Source: an uncultured virus (IMG/VR IMGVR_UViG_3300042396_000075) (lineage: Duplodnaviria; Heunggongvirae; Uroviricota; Caudoviricetes). Taken from it: a stretch of 64,000 bases of DNA. The notes under the pieces were generated by a model. The model searched no databases and was not told the DNA's origin. It saw nothing but the letters and a program-made list of their open reading frames with translations. The position numbers and the translations under genes were made by a program. Shown here in pieces: positions 20,501 to 29,690 of this stretch. Location: IMG/VR virus record IMGVR_UViG_3300042396_000075; one strand, 5' to 3'. Position 1 is the stretch's first letter. Every line of letters begins with the position of its first letter.

Positions 20501-23500
20501 TCCTTCTCAAAGATTCTATTTACTGAAGCACAGTTCGCTGTATCACAGATGGCTCCAATTGAAGTATCTTCTTTTAGATCTATCATCAACAGCATGGAAC
20601 AAGGCATTATACTTGCAGCCACTATGTTTGATACTTCAGATCATTACACTGTTGTTAATGGTTTGATTAATCGTTTGACTGAAATGGATATGGCTGCATC
20701 TAAAGCTATCTCTGTTCCAGACTTATCAAGAGCATATGCAGCTGCAGTAAATGCACAGACAGTATCAAGTGATATTGCCTCTAATGTGTTTAACACTTTT
20801 GTAAAAGACTGGATAGTTAAGAACCTACCAGAGCATAGTCCAGAAGTTGTTAAGAGAGCTATGTTAACTAGTGGTGAATATAATCTCATTATGAGAGGTG
20901 ATAGAGATCCTTCTCTGATTGTTGCATTGACAATCCTAAAGAGCAATGGCAGACAAGCTATTGACATGAAGGGCAATCCTACTGTATATATGAAAGACTT
21001 GGTTGATGTCTATAGTACATATAAGCAAACCCAGTTTGGATCTATGCTTATTAAGACTGCCTTCTTACTTACTACTCCAGACTATGCAAAACTAGTTGGA
21101 ATGAGTAAAAATGATCGTATCAAGTTCATGCAACGAAGATTGTTTAGCATGGGAGCCTCATCTTTTGAATCAGTTCAGGGTGGTTTTGAAACCATCTTAG
21201 CTGCTACTTATGAAGATCGTGGTCTAGCCCAGATGCAAGCTACTAATTATTTAGATCCTCTAAATAAACCTAGTCGATACTCACATACCTTCTGGGGAAC
21301 CAAAGCTACTTCGCTTATGGAGTTGCTAGACAACCCTGTTGACGAAGGGGCTATTAAGAACGGTCTTAGTGAAACTGATAGACTTGCTTTATTAGAACAA
21401 GTAAGAAACGATCCATACTTGAATCAACCGTTGATGCATACCTTAAAAGACTATTATAAGAATAATGGCTTTGCAGATATTGCTCATCTGGTTACTTTGG
21501 TACATCATAAGAATTACATTGATACTCTCAAAACAGAAGGTGTCTTTGATGTTGATATCCGTAGGGATGTAGACTATGATACTCCTGATGTTTTAATTGG
21601 AACTGTCAAAGACACATTAAACAATCTACTAGATCCTGCAACTAAAACTGCAGTTACTGAAGCAGATAAAGATGTTGCCGCTGTTCTTTTAAAAGTATTA
21701 GATAATACTACTTTAGCTAAGCAAGTCTTTAAGAGTACACAGCTTGCAGATAATGTGGGTGGTAGATTCTTCTCAAGACTAAATACTATAAGCTTAAACA
21801 CTAGATTTGATCGTGGTAATATTAATGTCCATGAGATTATACATGCTGGTGTCTGGAATAAGATTGATGCTATTTTAGAAGCACAAAAAATAAATACTAA
21901 TCGTCCTTTAGATATAAATGACTTCCGTTGGGATAGAGAACTGCAAGCTAAGTTAGCAACTACTAATCCAGAGTCAACTCTATATAAAGAATCTCTAGCT
22001 GTTGCAGAGTTAATACAAGCTTATCGTGATGCTAATGATCATGTTAATAGACTGGGAATAGATAAGACTACTAAAGAAGGTAGACGGTTAACTTATGGTT
22101 TAACTAATCTAAATGAATTCATTGCTGAGTTCTTAGCAAATGAAAAGTTTAGAAATCTATTTGTAGATCTAGAAGTACAGGGGTTAAATAAATCTCCTGG
22201 AGCATCAAAGAATTCCTTTACACAAGTAGTGTGGAATTCATTAAAACGCATTATTGGAATTGATATTGAAGACAAGGGTCAAACAAACTTTATACAAGCA
22301 TCTCTTAATAATATTGAAACAGTACTAAGAGCTGATATTAAAAGTAAAAGTGATCTTTATGTTGCTCCTGTTCCTTCTCTAGATCCCGTAGAAAGATTCC
22401 AAAAGGTCTTTGGGGATAGCGTGGCTGTAGATAAAAAGACGGGCAAACCATTACTCCTATCTCATGGCACTACTTTTGAGTTTGATAACTTTCAATTAAA
22501 TAAGATGGGATTAGTATTCTTCACAGAGAGCAAAAGCTTTGCTGAGGATTATACTGGTAGCACTGGTCGTATTGTACAGAGGGCTATTGCAGTTTCTCGC
22601 CCATTTAACTATAAAGTAAAAGGGCATTTAGAAGTTATAGAAAGGGGTTTTAAATCTGGTGAGCTATCTCTTTCAGCATATCTGAATGAAACAATTAAGA
22701 AAGCAGATGAACCGTATCGAATTAAACAAGCAATCAACACTATTTCATTGGGTTATTGGAGTGATATAGAAAACCAACTCTTAGTTGATTTTATTAAAGC
22801 CAATGGGTTTGATGGACTTCGCGTTAAGGAAGTTGGACCCAATGGAAAAGATGTAATCAACTGGGCTGTCTTTGATACGCAACAAATACTTGAAGTACCT
22901 GAAGGTGTAATGTCTGAAGTTGATTGGAGTATGCGAGATATGGATCTTCCTATCTGGTCTTCTAAGGACATTGCTGTTGATTCGATTGCCGCATTCCTAA
23001 GCAACAAGGATATTACTCATCTGAGTATTCCTACTTTGCTTAAGAACATTGATGCAGCATTGATTCAAAAGATAAGTGATACTCCAAACATGACCCCTGA
23101 AGCAGCATTAGCTGGTATTCATAAAATGATTACTACTGGGGCTATTGTCTTAAATGAAACTTCTGGTAAGTGGGAACTTCCTTCTACTAAGAAACCAAAG
23201 GAACCAAGTAAAGCCGCCAAGGCTGCTAAAACGCCTAAGGCAAAGAAAGCAGTCAAAGCAAAAGAAGCTAAGGTAAAGGAAGCTACAACACTTGCTGCTA
23301 TTTCCGATGGCAGTGCAGAACTTACTGTAGCAAATCTAGATGATACTATTGTTAGATTGTATGGAGAAAAGAAACTTACAACCGAACAACTCAGTACGCT
23401 ATACTTTCATAAACCATATCTTGTTAGCAAACTTGAAGCCGGTACTTTGCCAACTGAAAAAACTTTGCTTAAGCTTGCTTCAACACTACGCAGAAACCAA

Positions 23501-26500
23501 GTCATCTCTGACAAGAGAATAGGTAAAGGTGGTAAGAATGCCCAGCAAGGAGAAACTGCAGACGGTGAAACCAAACTAGGATCTGCACCTAAACAAAATG
23601 CTGGTAAGTTTGTACCAACCACTGAAAAAGAATTCAGTGCTATTATGTTTGACAGAGCATTGACATGGAATAATCTCACAAACAATGCTCTCTTAACCCC
23701 AGAAGAAGTTACGCTAGCTAAAGCTTTGCTATCGGTTGAGTCCGATAAAGAATTAGCTTCTAAGTCAGCCGAGCTTCTTGGTAAGAAAGTAGAAGATAGA
23801 ACTATTGGCAACCGCAGAAATGCGTTGTATGATAAGATGGTTGCTATTGGTAAGGCTATTGAATATGATCCAAAGGCTAAGCTAGTAGAAACTCAAGACT
23901 CTCTTCTAGCGCATGTTAAGCAAATGGATCAGGTTGTTACTAAGGCAGTAGAAAAGCCAGAGTCAGTTAAGGCGATTGTTAAGCAAGCCGAAGATGCTCC
24001 AACTCCAAAGCAAGTGTCTACTCCAATTGATGCTGGAAGTCGCTTGCTAGAGAAGCAAGCCTTGGCTGCTAGAAGTAAAAAGACCGATGCCCCTCCAGTT
24101 ATGACACCTGTTACAAAGGTGGAAGAGGGTACATTGTTTAGAGCTACTTCGGAAGTTACTGGTAATGTTCCAGAAGCTGTACTACGACCAGAGAAACAAG
24201 TTGATGCCATCATTGAAAACAGTGATGTGTCAACCAAAGAAGCTGTGTCGTTTGTTCCTAAGAAGCCACTAGTAATGACTATGACCGCAGCTGAGTTCAT
24301 GGCTAACGAAGTTAAGATGGCATCCACTATGAAGGTTGCAGATAGAATGGGCGTTGATGCTCTCGTCTTCTCAGACGGTGTAGTAATACCAGTTCAAGCT
24401 GATGCACCTGTGGTTGTTAAGGGTGTTACTGAAACTAAGGTTAAGGCGGGTGTTCCTTCTGTAACAAAGATTAAGGTTAAGAAAGGTGTGCCAATAAAGA
24501 CTGTAACAGCTGCCGTTGAACCTCCTAAGGTTGAGGTAGTAGAACCAACCACAACTCCAGCTCCGGCTGTAGCACCTGTGGAAGATCTACCTTCAACTCC
24601 GGTTCCACTTGCAGCCAGCGAAGGCGCACCAGTTAGAGTTACTAAGACAGGTGGCATTGCTCCCCCTGCTCCACGAAAGACTGTATCAGACGTTGTTAAG
24701 ACTACTGAGACAGAAAGAATAGAGCGGGTTGTTAATGATGATAAAGATTTACTTCGTGACAACGGAATGGACCAAGGGTTCTTAAAGTTATTCTTAAAGA
24801 ACTACTGGACACGCATGAAGAATATAGATCAATCAGTTGATACGTATTCTCCTACGCTGTTGGCACTGTGGACAAAGTTTGTTACTATCAACAAAGCAAT
24901 TGTTGAAGCTAACAGAGCTGTCTTTGGTGATGAGGGTATATCCAAGTTCTGGATTGCGGTAGATAAGCTACGGGCTGAGAATGTTCAGAAGCTTGCTACT
25001 GTTCCGGGTTTCAAGTCTCTATCAGAGCGTCAGCTCATGGTACTTGCTGCCAAGGAAGTTGGTGATGCTTACATGCCTCCTATTCTTTTGGATGAATTGA
25101 ATATTGTTAAATCATCTGAGGATGCTACTGCATTTACTTTAGTTGCCAAGGAGTCTAAGACTCCTCGAAAGAAAGTAAGTGATGCCACTAAAGCAGAGTC
25201 TCCAGTGCCTACACCACCTGAACCAACTCCCGCTCCAGCCCCTAAGGCTGGTGATGAAGTGGGTGTTCCTGAGAAGTTGGATCTCCCAATAGAGCCAATA
25301 AAGGAAACACCTAGAGGTGACATGGGTAGGATGATTGATGCTGGTGTCAGTAACTCTGCCGAAGGTGCATCAGTATTGCTACGTCAAGGTAGTCTCATTG
25401 GAGCAATCTTTGGTGGTAGTGAGCGATCATCTAGAAACTGGTGGAGAGCTATGATGAGTTGGATGGCTAACTCAAGTCAAGCAGCTAGTCAGACTGGTAA
25501 GACCATTAGAAATCTACAGAAGGATATTCGATTCCTGTCTCGTTGGTTTGAAGACAACCGAGCACAGTCAGGACATTTAGTTGGAGCAGGTAAGGAAGCT
25601 TTCCGAACTGCAAGACAATGTAAGTCTGATGAAGCCCGGATGATTACCCGTATTGCTAGACAACAACTCTTACTCAATAAAAAGTTGAAGGATAGTGGAC
25701 TAGCTCTAGATAAGGTTAGAGCTGTTGGTGTACTAAGTTATACAAAGCTTTCAGAGGGTACTATTATTGCCCCTGCTGATCTTGTTGCTCTTGGTCTATC
25801 CCCAGACCTAGCTAAGTCCATTGCTGTTGAAGCTAATTCGTTGTTACAAATTACAAGACAGACCAATCAAACTATATTAGGTTTACAGAATGAAACAGGT
25901 TTGTTTAATAGCAATGCTGCTGATGGTACGCCATTTGATCCTATGAAGTATGCTCCAGTTCAGTTGAACCATGAAAGCTTCTCAGCTATGAGTCCAACTG
26001 ATCGTGCTCTCTTTGTAGCGGGTCTTGTAAAGGCTCGTAGAACTCGTAAGTTAAAGTCACCAATCTTAGACATCAATACACTTATTGTTCTTGGTTGGCT
26101 AGACGTTGCTCCATCAAAAGAGGCGAGAGGTACTGCCTTGTTTGCTGGCAAGCGAGACTTTAGACCCGGTGAGTCAACTCAGAGCTTTAGCCCTGAGACT
26201 CTAGCTGGTCTAAAGATATCTGAACATCCAATTACTGTTGGTGAGAAAGGTGTTCTAGCTACATTGGCTAATGGTTCTGACTCACAGAATTACTTTGTTC
26301 TTACAAATGATAAGAGTGGTGTTATCACATTATATCGAATGCCTAAGGTTATTAGTGAACTAGCTGATGCCGATAGAGTTCGTTACATTGAAGCAATCAA
26401 TGGCAATAAGTCTTTGTATACCCAACGGTGGCAAGACTACCTAAAGGGTAGAGAGCTTATTGAAGTTGAGATGAATGAGATGTTAGACTATAAGACAAAG

Positions 26501-28675
26501 AAGGGTGCATACAGTGAGTACCAGAGAAACACTGGTACTAACATTGATAGACCTCTGATGGTAGTTGATCAGGCAGCGGAGACAGCTTTGGCTGTTCCCG
26601 GTTTGATTCCTGAAGAAGTACTATCTGATCCTGTTATTCTAAAACACATTAGAACCAATCTAGCTGAGTCTTATAATTACTTTATGAATGGTAGAGTATT
26701 TGAACTTATCTTCCAGAGAGAACTTGATAGACTCATGGGTACTCGCAATGTAAGAATCACTGATGTGTTTCCTCATATCGCAAGTAAGTCCAGACAGAAT
26801 TTAGAAACTATAGCTAAAGCTGAGAATTGGACTCCCGGACAGTTGGCTGCAAGACTCCAAGATGTTACGGAAGGTATTCAAAGACTTAAGGATGAATATG
26901 CATCTAATGCAGATACTCTTCCTATGCTTCCTTATCAGGATCAAGCGGCTGCAAGAAGCCTATTGGCATTGATGAAAGTTAAGGTTGCTACTGGTTACTT
27001 CCTTGGAGCATTGCCTGAGCTTATGATGGAAACGCTAAAGTCAAATCCTTTACATCTTCCGGGTAATCTCATTAGTGCTTTAAGGTTTGTGGTCGGAGAC
27101 TTCCGAGTCTCAAAGAACTCTCTTATGAATAACTCTGAGCTTGGAGACATGATCTTCGGTCTGGAGAATATTAAGTATGAGTTTAGTTCCCGATTCTTGG
27201 GTGAGGCAAATCAAGGAGCGTTTGAATTAGATTCTACAATTGGATCTAAGATCAAGAGTAAGTTTATTAATCCTCGCCCTGCAACGGGTATGATAGATAG
27301 AGGCGTTCGTGTTCTAGAGTCTGGAGCTAGAGTTGCTGAGACTATTGGTTCGCTACAAGCGATCACCAATATAACCAGATCAATGGCTAAGGTCCGACTA
27401 CAGCGTATGATCTATGGTCATATTAAGAAAGGTAGAATTCAAAAGCTACTAGTAGCCCTAGAAGATCCTGCCATGATGAAACTCATGCAGGACTATATGG
27501 CAGCTGCAGAGACAAGCGCAGGAGCAGAGAATCAGCTCCGTAAACAATTCTACACATTGGCTAGAAAGACTGGCTTCGGGTTCAACCCAAAGGAAGCTCT
27601 AGTCTTTATGAAGTATGGTTTAAACTCTGTCGAGAAGATTAAACATCTTGAATATTTAATTAAGAAGGTTGACAAGAAGGGTGAGGGTCGGGTTAATCTA
27701 CACAACATGGTTGATGTATATTGGCATGCTACCACTCATCCTGTTGATGGTATTAAGCCAGAAGTATTAGAGCAAGCTATTAGTTCTTACGGACTTGCCC
27801 TAGAAGATCTGGTGGTTAAGACATCATCACCTGAACCTATTGGTTTGGGTCGAGTCACTACGATTGATTCCAAGACACCACTTGGTAAACTCTGGTATGC
27901 TCTTAGCTCCTACATCCGTGGGTTCCAAGATAATGTTATAATGGATTATGGTAGCCGCGATACACTTCGGTACTTAGCCGCTAACATAGTTCTTTATGGA
28001 ACATTGGATGCCACTATCGGTCTACTCCGTGAGTGGATAGCCGGAAGAGATGGCGAGGATATCCTTGAAGAGTTCTCAGATAACCCACATGCCTTTGCTG
28101 TTCGTGTAGCTAAGTCTGCCCCTATCATGGGAATGTGGTCTGGTGCTCTAGAGGCTGGCTTAAGCGGTCTGAGCTACATGTCTGGTGGCACTTGGAAGTA
28201 CTACGGTAGTCCAATGCAGTCCATCGGTATGGGAGCTGCTACCGGGGCTGTAGAGAGTATTGGTAGAGGCGTTAGTGAAGTTGTAGAAGGAGTCACGGGT
28301 GATGAGGAAGTTGATTACATGAAGGTTGCTAAGGGAGTTGGTGATATCACATCAGTTAACTCTTTGTTAAACCGAAGTCCAATTGCTGTGGCTGCTAGAT
28401 CCCTAGAAGTCTCAGGAGCTTTGGAAGAAAAGGGAACATTGCAAACCTACATGAATATGATTCACAGAAACCCACATCCTTATGCAAAGAGCCAAGGAAG
28501 AAAACAAAGTTCTTCTCAGTCGTTACCACCGATACCTAAGGTTGCCCCCCGCAACTTTGAGCTGGAAGCCCAAGCCCTTAAGAAGGCAAGAGCAGCCCAA
28601 GCCGGAGTCCGTTATGAAGACATGTCAAAGGGTGTATCAGGTTCCCTAGGGGATCTCTTAGATGATGCCCAATAG
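17501..28675 (+). CDS. Giant internal virion protein (gp16-like position), polyvalent
   Basis: 3724 aa; two HExxH motifs, an ART-like segment and an HTH-like segment; Gly-rich hydrophobic stretches near both ends. Confidence 0.7.
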   Translation: MINYTNNFPIVPETPETPRLQPQYYTTGNQFLMAYQGAPNYVDIARMHEPGFWGPQPNTQKDTYNNLYALSQAESISTGSAQGYAQKIAEYLGMGPNEFQDYSLGAFQRGILMGQKDDPLAPVEFGASQLTPEVQDNLRSILSKLLPIAKQEPQDPENPTPTQKRVNAMMYQLAYAKASEVTKTDLGFSVVDAFRSQAEVYGKILNAYTYGAAGALYDGYNAAYNPTKNTKIARGIDDILKIRNRVDLTFDPAMWWRNLDPTVQQGFIENGISPSTIRTALNEDEANFRIGEIIFKGDTQKRIEAYAPGYLDSGRLIRDNLIGGIINSSDTIPFIALEIGATVLTGGVGSLVATAAAAPTTGLTVFRAARNVASTIAKLPLGISPTYAKNLGLIGGSTLTGAIFGVGAALQETTRQEKQIAYANALVFADPEMQKDYDLSSIGWAGGEGFAIGFLGFGVLPQVVGSTAGAFLNKLKGVNVAPLGESVVRMTGDKRFTYEGTSVGEALGFYKGKLSRKDVAVDLPLHEKIITEAELEGVKPSAQQLSNETQTAVNRADARAAVTPDAARATPDVPMTRRLDNETRQAYAERTGANGTLSNIIEFVTEISRKNSAGDAVKERASLTGTGDTFGDMGTTDRLRILYASEEHLNTTRLKEKEAGKLTPAREKAYAIMESQRRGMIKQYTKSLSKPERKALSDSLGGVKKSVKTITEHVADARSTVITSAAKNEAAEKAAVSLLGTAREIVANPTRKAELRADLPKEVLDILDAAITEVAITGTVSPSTVEALKADISGVARKPSNRLTDSIKEALKIKKLNPKRMALINALKDDINKFSSLVSGNQANAEKFFQFTNDLVDTGFINEIDQAILLASVVHLNFDSKAFAVDFKIQSIVDANGFIEYTTIGAYNANLNTIVMNSSWIGDDSERRAITVLHEIGHAYFQSSATSDIYVDNLKMYNSLTKNYGPSLLNLDVANMADPLLSANFLSVYHLQNAEEVFVQSFSKILFTEAQFAVSQMAPIEVSSFRSIINSMEQGIILAATMFDTSDHYTVVNGLINRLTEMDMAASKAISVPDLSRAYAAAVNAQTVSSDIASNVFNTFVKDWIVKNLPEHSPEVVKRAMLTSGEYNLIMRGDRDPSLIVALTILKSNGRQAIDMKGNPTVYMKDLVDVYSTYKQTQFGSMLIKTAFLLTTPDYAKLVGMSKNDRIKFMQRRLFSMGASSFESVQGGFETILAATYEDRGLAQMQATNYLDPLNKPSRYSHTFWGTKATSLMELLDNPVDEGAIKNGLSETDRLALLEQVRNDPYLNQPLMHTLKDYYKNNGFADIAHLVTLVHHKNYIDTLKTEGVFDVDIRRDVDYDTPDVLIGTVKDTLNNLLDPATKTAVTEADKDVAAVLLKVLDNTTLAKQVFKSTQLADNVGGRFFSRLNTISLNTRFDRGNINVHEIIHAGVWNKIDAILEAQKINTNRPLDINDFRWDRELQAKLATTNPESTLYKESLAVAELIQAYRDANDHVNRLGIDKTTKEGRRLTYGLTNLNEFIAEFLANEKFRNLFVDLEVQGLNKSPGASKNSFTQVVWNSLKRIIGIDIEDKGQTNFIQASLNNIETVLRADIKSKSDLYVAPVPSLDPVERFQKVFGDSVAVDKKTGKPLLLSHGTTFEFDNFQLNKMGLVFFTESKSFAEDYTGSTGRIVQRAIAVSRPFNYKVKGHLEVIERGFKSGELSLSAYLNETIKKADEPYRIKQAINTISLGYWSDIENQLLVDFIKANGFDGLRVKEVGPNGKDVINWAVFDTQQILEVPEGVMSEVDWSMRDMDLPIWSSKDIAVDSIAAFLSNKDITHLSIPTLLKNIDAALIQKISDTPNMTPEAALAGIHKMITTGAIVLNETSGKWELPSTKKPKEPSKAAKAAKTPKAKKAVKAKEAKVKEATTLAAISDGSAELTVANLDDTIVRLYGEKKLTTEQLSTLYFHKPYLVSKLEAGTLPTEKTLLKLASTLRRNQVISDKRIGKGGKNAQQGETADGETKLGSAPKQNAGKFVPTTEKEFSAIMFDRALTWNNLTNNALLTPEEVTLAKALLSVESDKELASKSAELLGKKVEDRTIGNRRNALYDKMVAIGKAIEYDPKAKLVETQDSLLAHVKQMDQVVTKAVEKPESVKAIVKQAEDAPTPKQVSTPIDAGSRLLEKQALAARSKKTDAPPVMTPVTKVEEGTLFRATSEVTGNVPEAVLRPEKQVDAIIENSDVSTKEAVSFVPKKPLVMTMTAAEFMANEVKMASTMKVADRMGVDALVFSDGVVIPVQADAPVVVKGVTETKVKAGVPSVTKIKVKKGVPIKTVTAAVEPPKVEVVEPTTTPAPAVAPVEDLPSTPVPLAASEGAPVRVTKTGGIAPPAPRKTVSDVVKTTETERIERVVNDDKDLLRDNGMDQGFLKLFLKNYWTRMKNIDQSVDTYSPTLLALWTKFVTINKAIVEANRAVFGDEGISKFWIAVDKLRAENVQKLATVPGFKSLSERQLMVLAAKEVGDAYMPPILLDELNIVKSSEDATAFTLVAKESKTPRKKVSDATKAESPVPTPPEPTPAPAPKAGDEVGVPEKLDLPIEPIKETPRGDMGRMIDAGVSNSAEGASVLLRQGSLIGAIFGGSERSSRNWWRAMMSWMANSSQAASQTGKTIRNLQKDIRFLSRWFEDNRAQSGHLVGAGKEAFRTARQCKSDEARMITRIARQQLLLNKKLKDSGLALDKVRAVGVLSYTKLSEGTIIAPADLVALGLSPDLAKSIAVEANSLLQITRQTNQTILGLQNETGLFNSNAADGTPFDPMKYAPVQLNHESFSAMSPTDRALFVAGLVKARRTRKLKSPILDINTLIVLGWLDVAPSKEARGTALFAGKRDFRPGESTQSFSPETLAGLKISEHPITVGEKGVLATLANGSDSQNYFVLTNDKSGVITLYRMPKVISELADADRVRYIEAINGNKSLYTQRWQDYLKGRELIEVEMNEMLDYKTKKGAYSEYQRNTGTNIDRPLMVVDQAAETALAVPGLIPEEVLSDPVILKHIRTNLAESYNYFMNGRVFELIFQRELDRLMGTRNVRITDVFPHIASKSRQNLETIAKAENWTPGQLAARLQDVTEGIQRLKDEYASNADTLPMLPYQDQAAARSLLALMKVKVATGYFLGALPELMMETLKSNPLHLPGNLISALRFVVGDFRVSKNSLMNNSELGDMIFGLENIKYEFSSRFLGEANQGAFELDSTIGSKIKSKFINPRPATGMIDRGVRVLESGARVAETIGSLQAITNITRSMAKVRLQRMIYGHIKKGRIQKLLVALEDPAMMKLMQDYMAAAETSAGAENQLRKQFYTLARKTGFGFNPKEALVFMKYGLNSVEKIKHLEYLIKKVDKKGEGRVNLHNMVDVYWHATTHPVDGIKPEVLEQAISSYGLALEDLVVKTSSPEPIGLGRVTTIDSKTPLGKLWYALSSYIRGFQDNVIMDYGSRDTLRYLAANIVLYGTLDATIGLLREWIAGRDGEDILEEFSDNPHAFAVRVAKSAPIMGMWSGALEAGLSGLSYMSGGTWKYYGSPMQSIGMGAATGAVESIGRGVSEVVEGVTGDEEVDYMKVAKGVGDITSVNSLLNRSPIAVAARSLEVSGALEEKGTLQTYMNMIHRNPHPYAKSQGRKQSSSQSLPPIPKVAPRNFELEAQALKKARAAQAGVRYEDMSKGVSGSLGDLLDDAQ

Positions 28676-28690
28676 TTGGGGCTACTAGAT
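28668..28690 (+). promoter_or_regulatory. Putative phage RNAP promoter, copy 1
   Basis: CCCAATAGTTGGGGCTACTAGAT; core ATAGTTGGGGCTA seen four times. Confidence 0.55.
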
Positions 28691-29200
28691 AGATACTTAA
28701 GGGATACCTTGAGTAACCTAGACTGTCTTTAAGTTTTTAAAATTATGTTATTATATTATATAGTAATACATAGTCCCTTAGGTAACCTAAGGGTAACCCT
28801 AGTTAACCTAAGTGTTAATTACAATATTATATAAACATACAGATCCTAGGTCCCTGAAAGGGGATCTAGGATTATTCAGAGAATAGAGCACTCCGGGGTT
28901 TACCCCCCGGTTAATCCCTTGTCGATTTCCTATGGGGTCCCCGGATCCCTCTGGGGCTACCGGAGGACATCAACACAAACAACCCTCCACAGGGCAAGCT
29001 AGGGGGATCCCTACTCAATCTAGGAATCGACTAGAGGGGTCAAAAATTAGCGAAGGGGTATCCCCCCTAAATCCCCCCGGCGCACCCCCCGTCATCCCGC
29101 CATGTCCGATAACCTGAGGGGCGTGGCGCGTCCGATAACCTGTGGGGATCAAAGTCCGATAACCTTGGTGGCGAGGGATAAAGTTATCGGACTTTGCGGC
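28690..29200. repeat. Palindrome- and short-repeat-rich non-coding region, probable genome termini
   Basis: TAACC(C)TA repeats, several inverted repeats, GC/homopolymer tract, 3x GTCCGATAACCT; lies between the last structural gene and the first early gene. Confidence 0.55.
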
Positions 29201-29269
29201 TTGTGGTTGCGGATTTTCCCGGCTGATGCGTTGTTAAGTGTCAGCGAATACGAATCGCCGACCTGATCG

Positions 29270-29690
29270 CACCTTACCGGATCTACCGCCCTCAAGGGAC
29301 ATCGTAGCAGGTAAAGCCAACGCCCGAAGGGTTGTCGGAGGTGATGTCATGGAGATTGCACGAATCCCGGCTTGAGTGCCGATGGATCCCTCACCGACAT
29401 GAGGGGGGTAGTAGTGCCGTAATCCATGAATGTTATCAGAACTTCCCCTACGATATGGAACGCATCCAATAAGCCGTCCTAGTAGGTAACCCGATGAATC
29501 CTCGCACTAATGGTAAGCCGATGATTCTGACGTAAGGAGGTGGCACGAGGAGTGCTATGCCCTATGGGCATCGTTCAATAAGCGTAACTTGCAGCCCCAA
29601 GAGGTGGAGCAAGTGAGGAGATTGAATAAGACTGAGGTATAGTAAAGGCGAAAGCGATAGATATCTCAGTACGTAAGATGGTGGATACTC
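29270..29690 (+). ncRNA. Candidate large structured ncRNA (~420 nt)
   Basis: No ORF in the track; many nested helices with G-U pairs; long-range closing pair 29281-87/29680-86. Confidence 0.6.

Noticed and set aside
17501..28675. N4-like virion RNA polymerase (similar size)
   Set aside because: No polymerase motifs recognised by eye; a separate T7-type RNAP is present. A profile search would settle it.
28932..29117. 61-aa Pro/Gly-rich ORF
   Set aside because: Low-complexity product of the GC-rich terminal region; no RBS
29104..29165. CRISPR array from the 12-bp repeats
   Set aside because: Repeats and spacers are far too short
29361..29495. RNase P-like words (GAATCCCGGCTTG, GGTAACCC) in the ncRNA candidate
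   Set aside because: No GAGGAAAGTCC P4 partner, and the elements are in the wrong order
29270..29690. Group I/II intron or tmRNA identity for the structured region
   Set aside because: It interrupts no gene; I could not place a P7 core, domain V or tRNA-like ends
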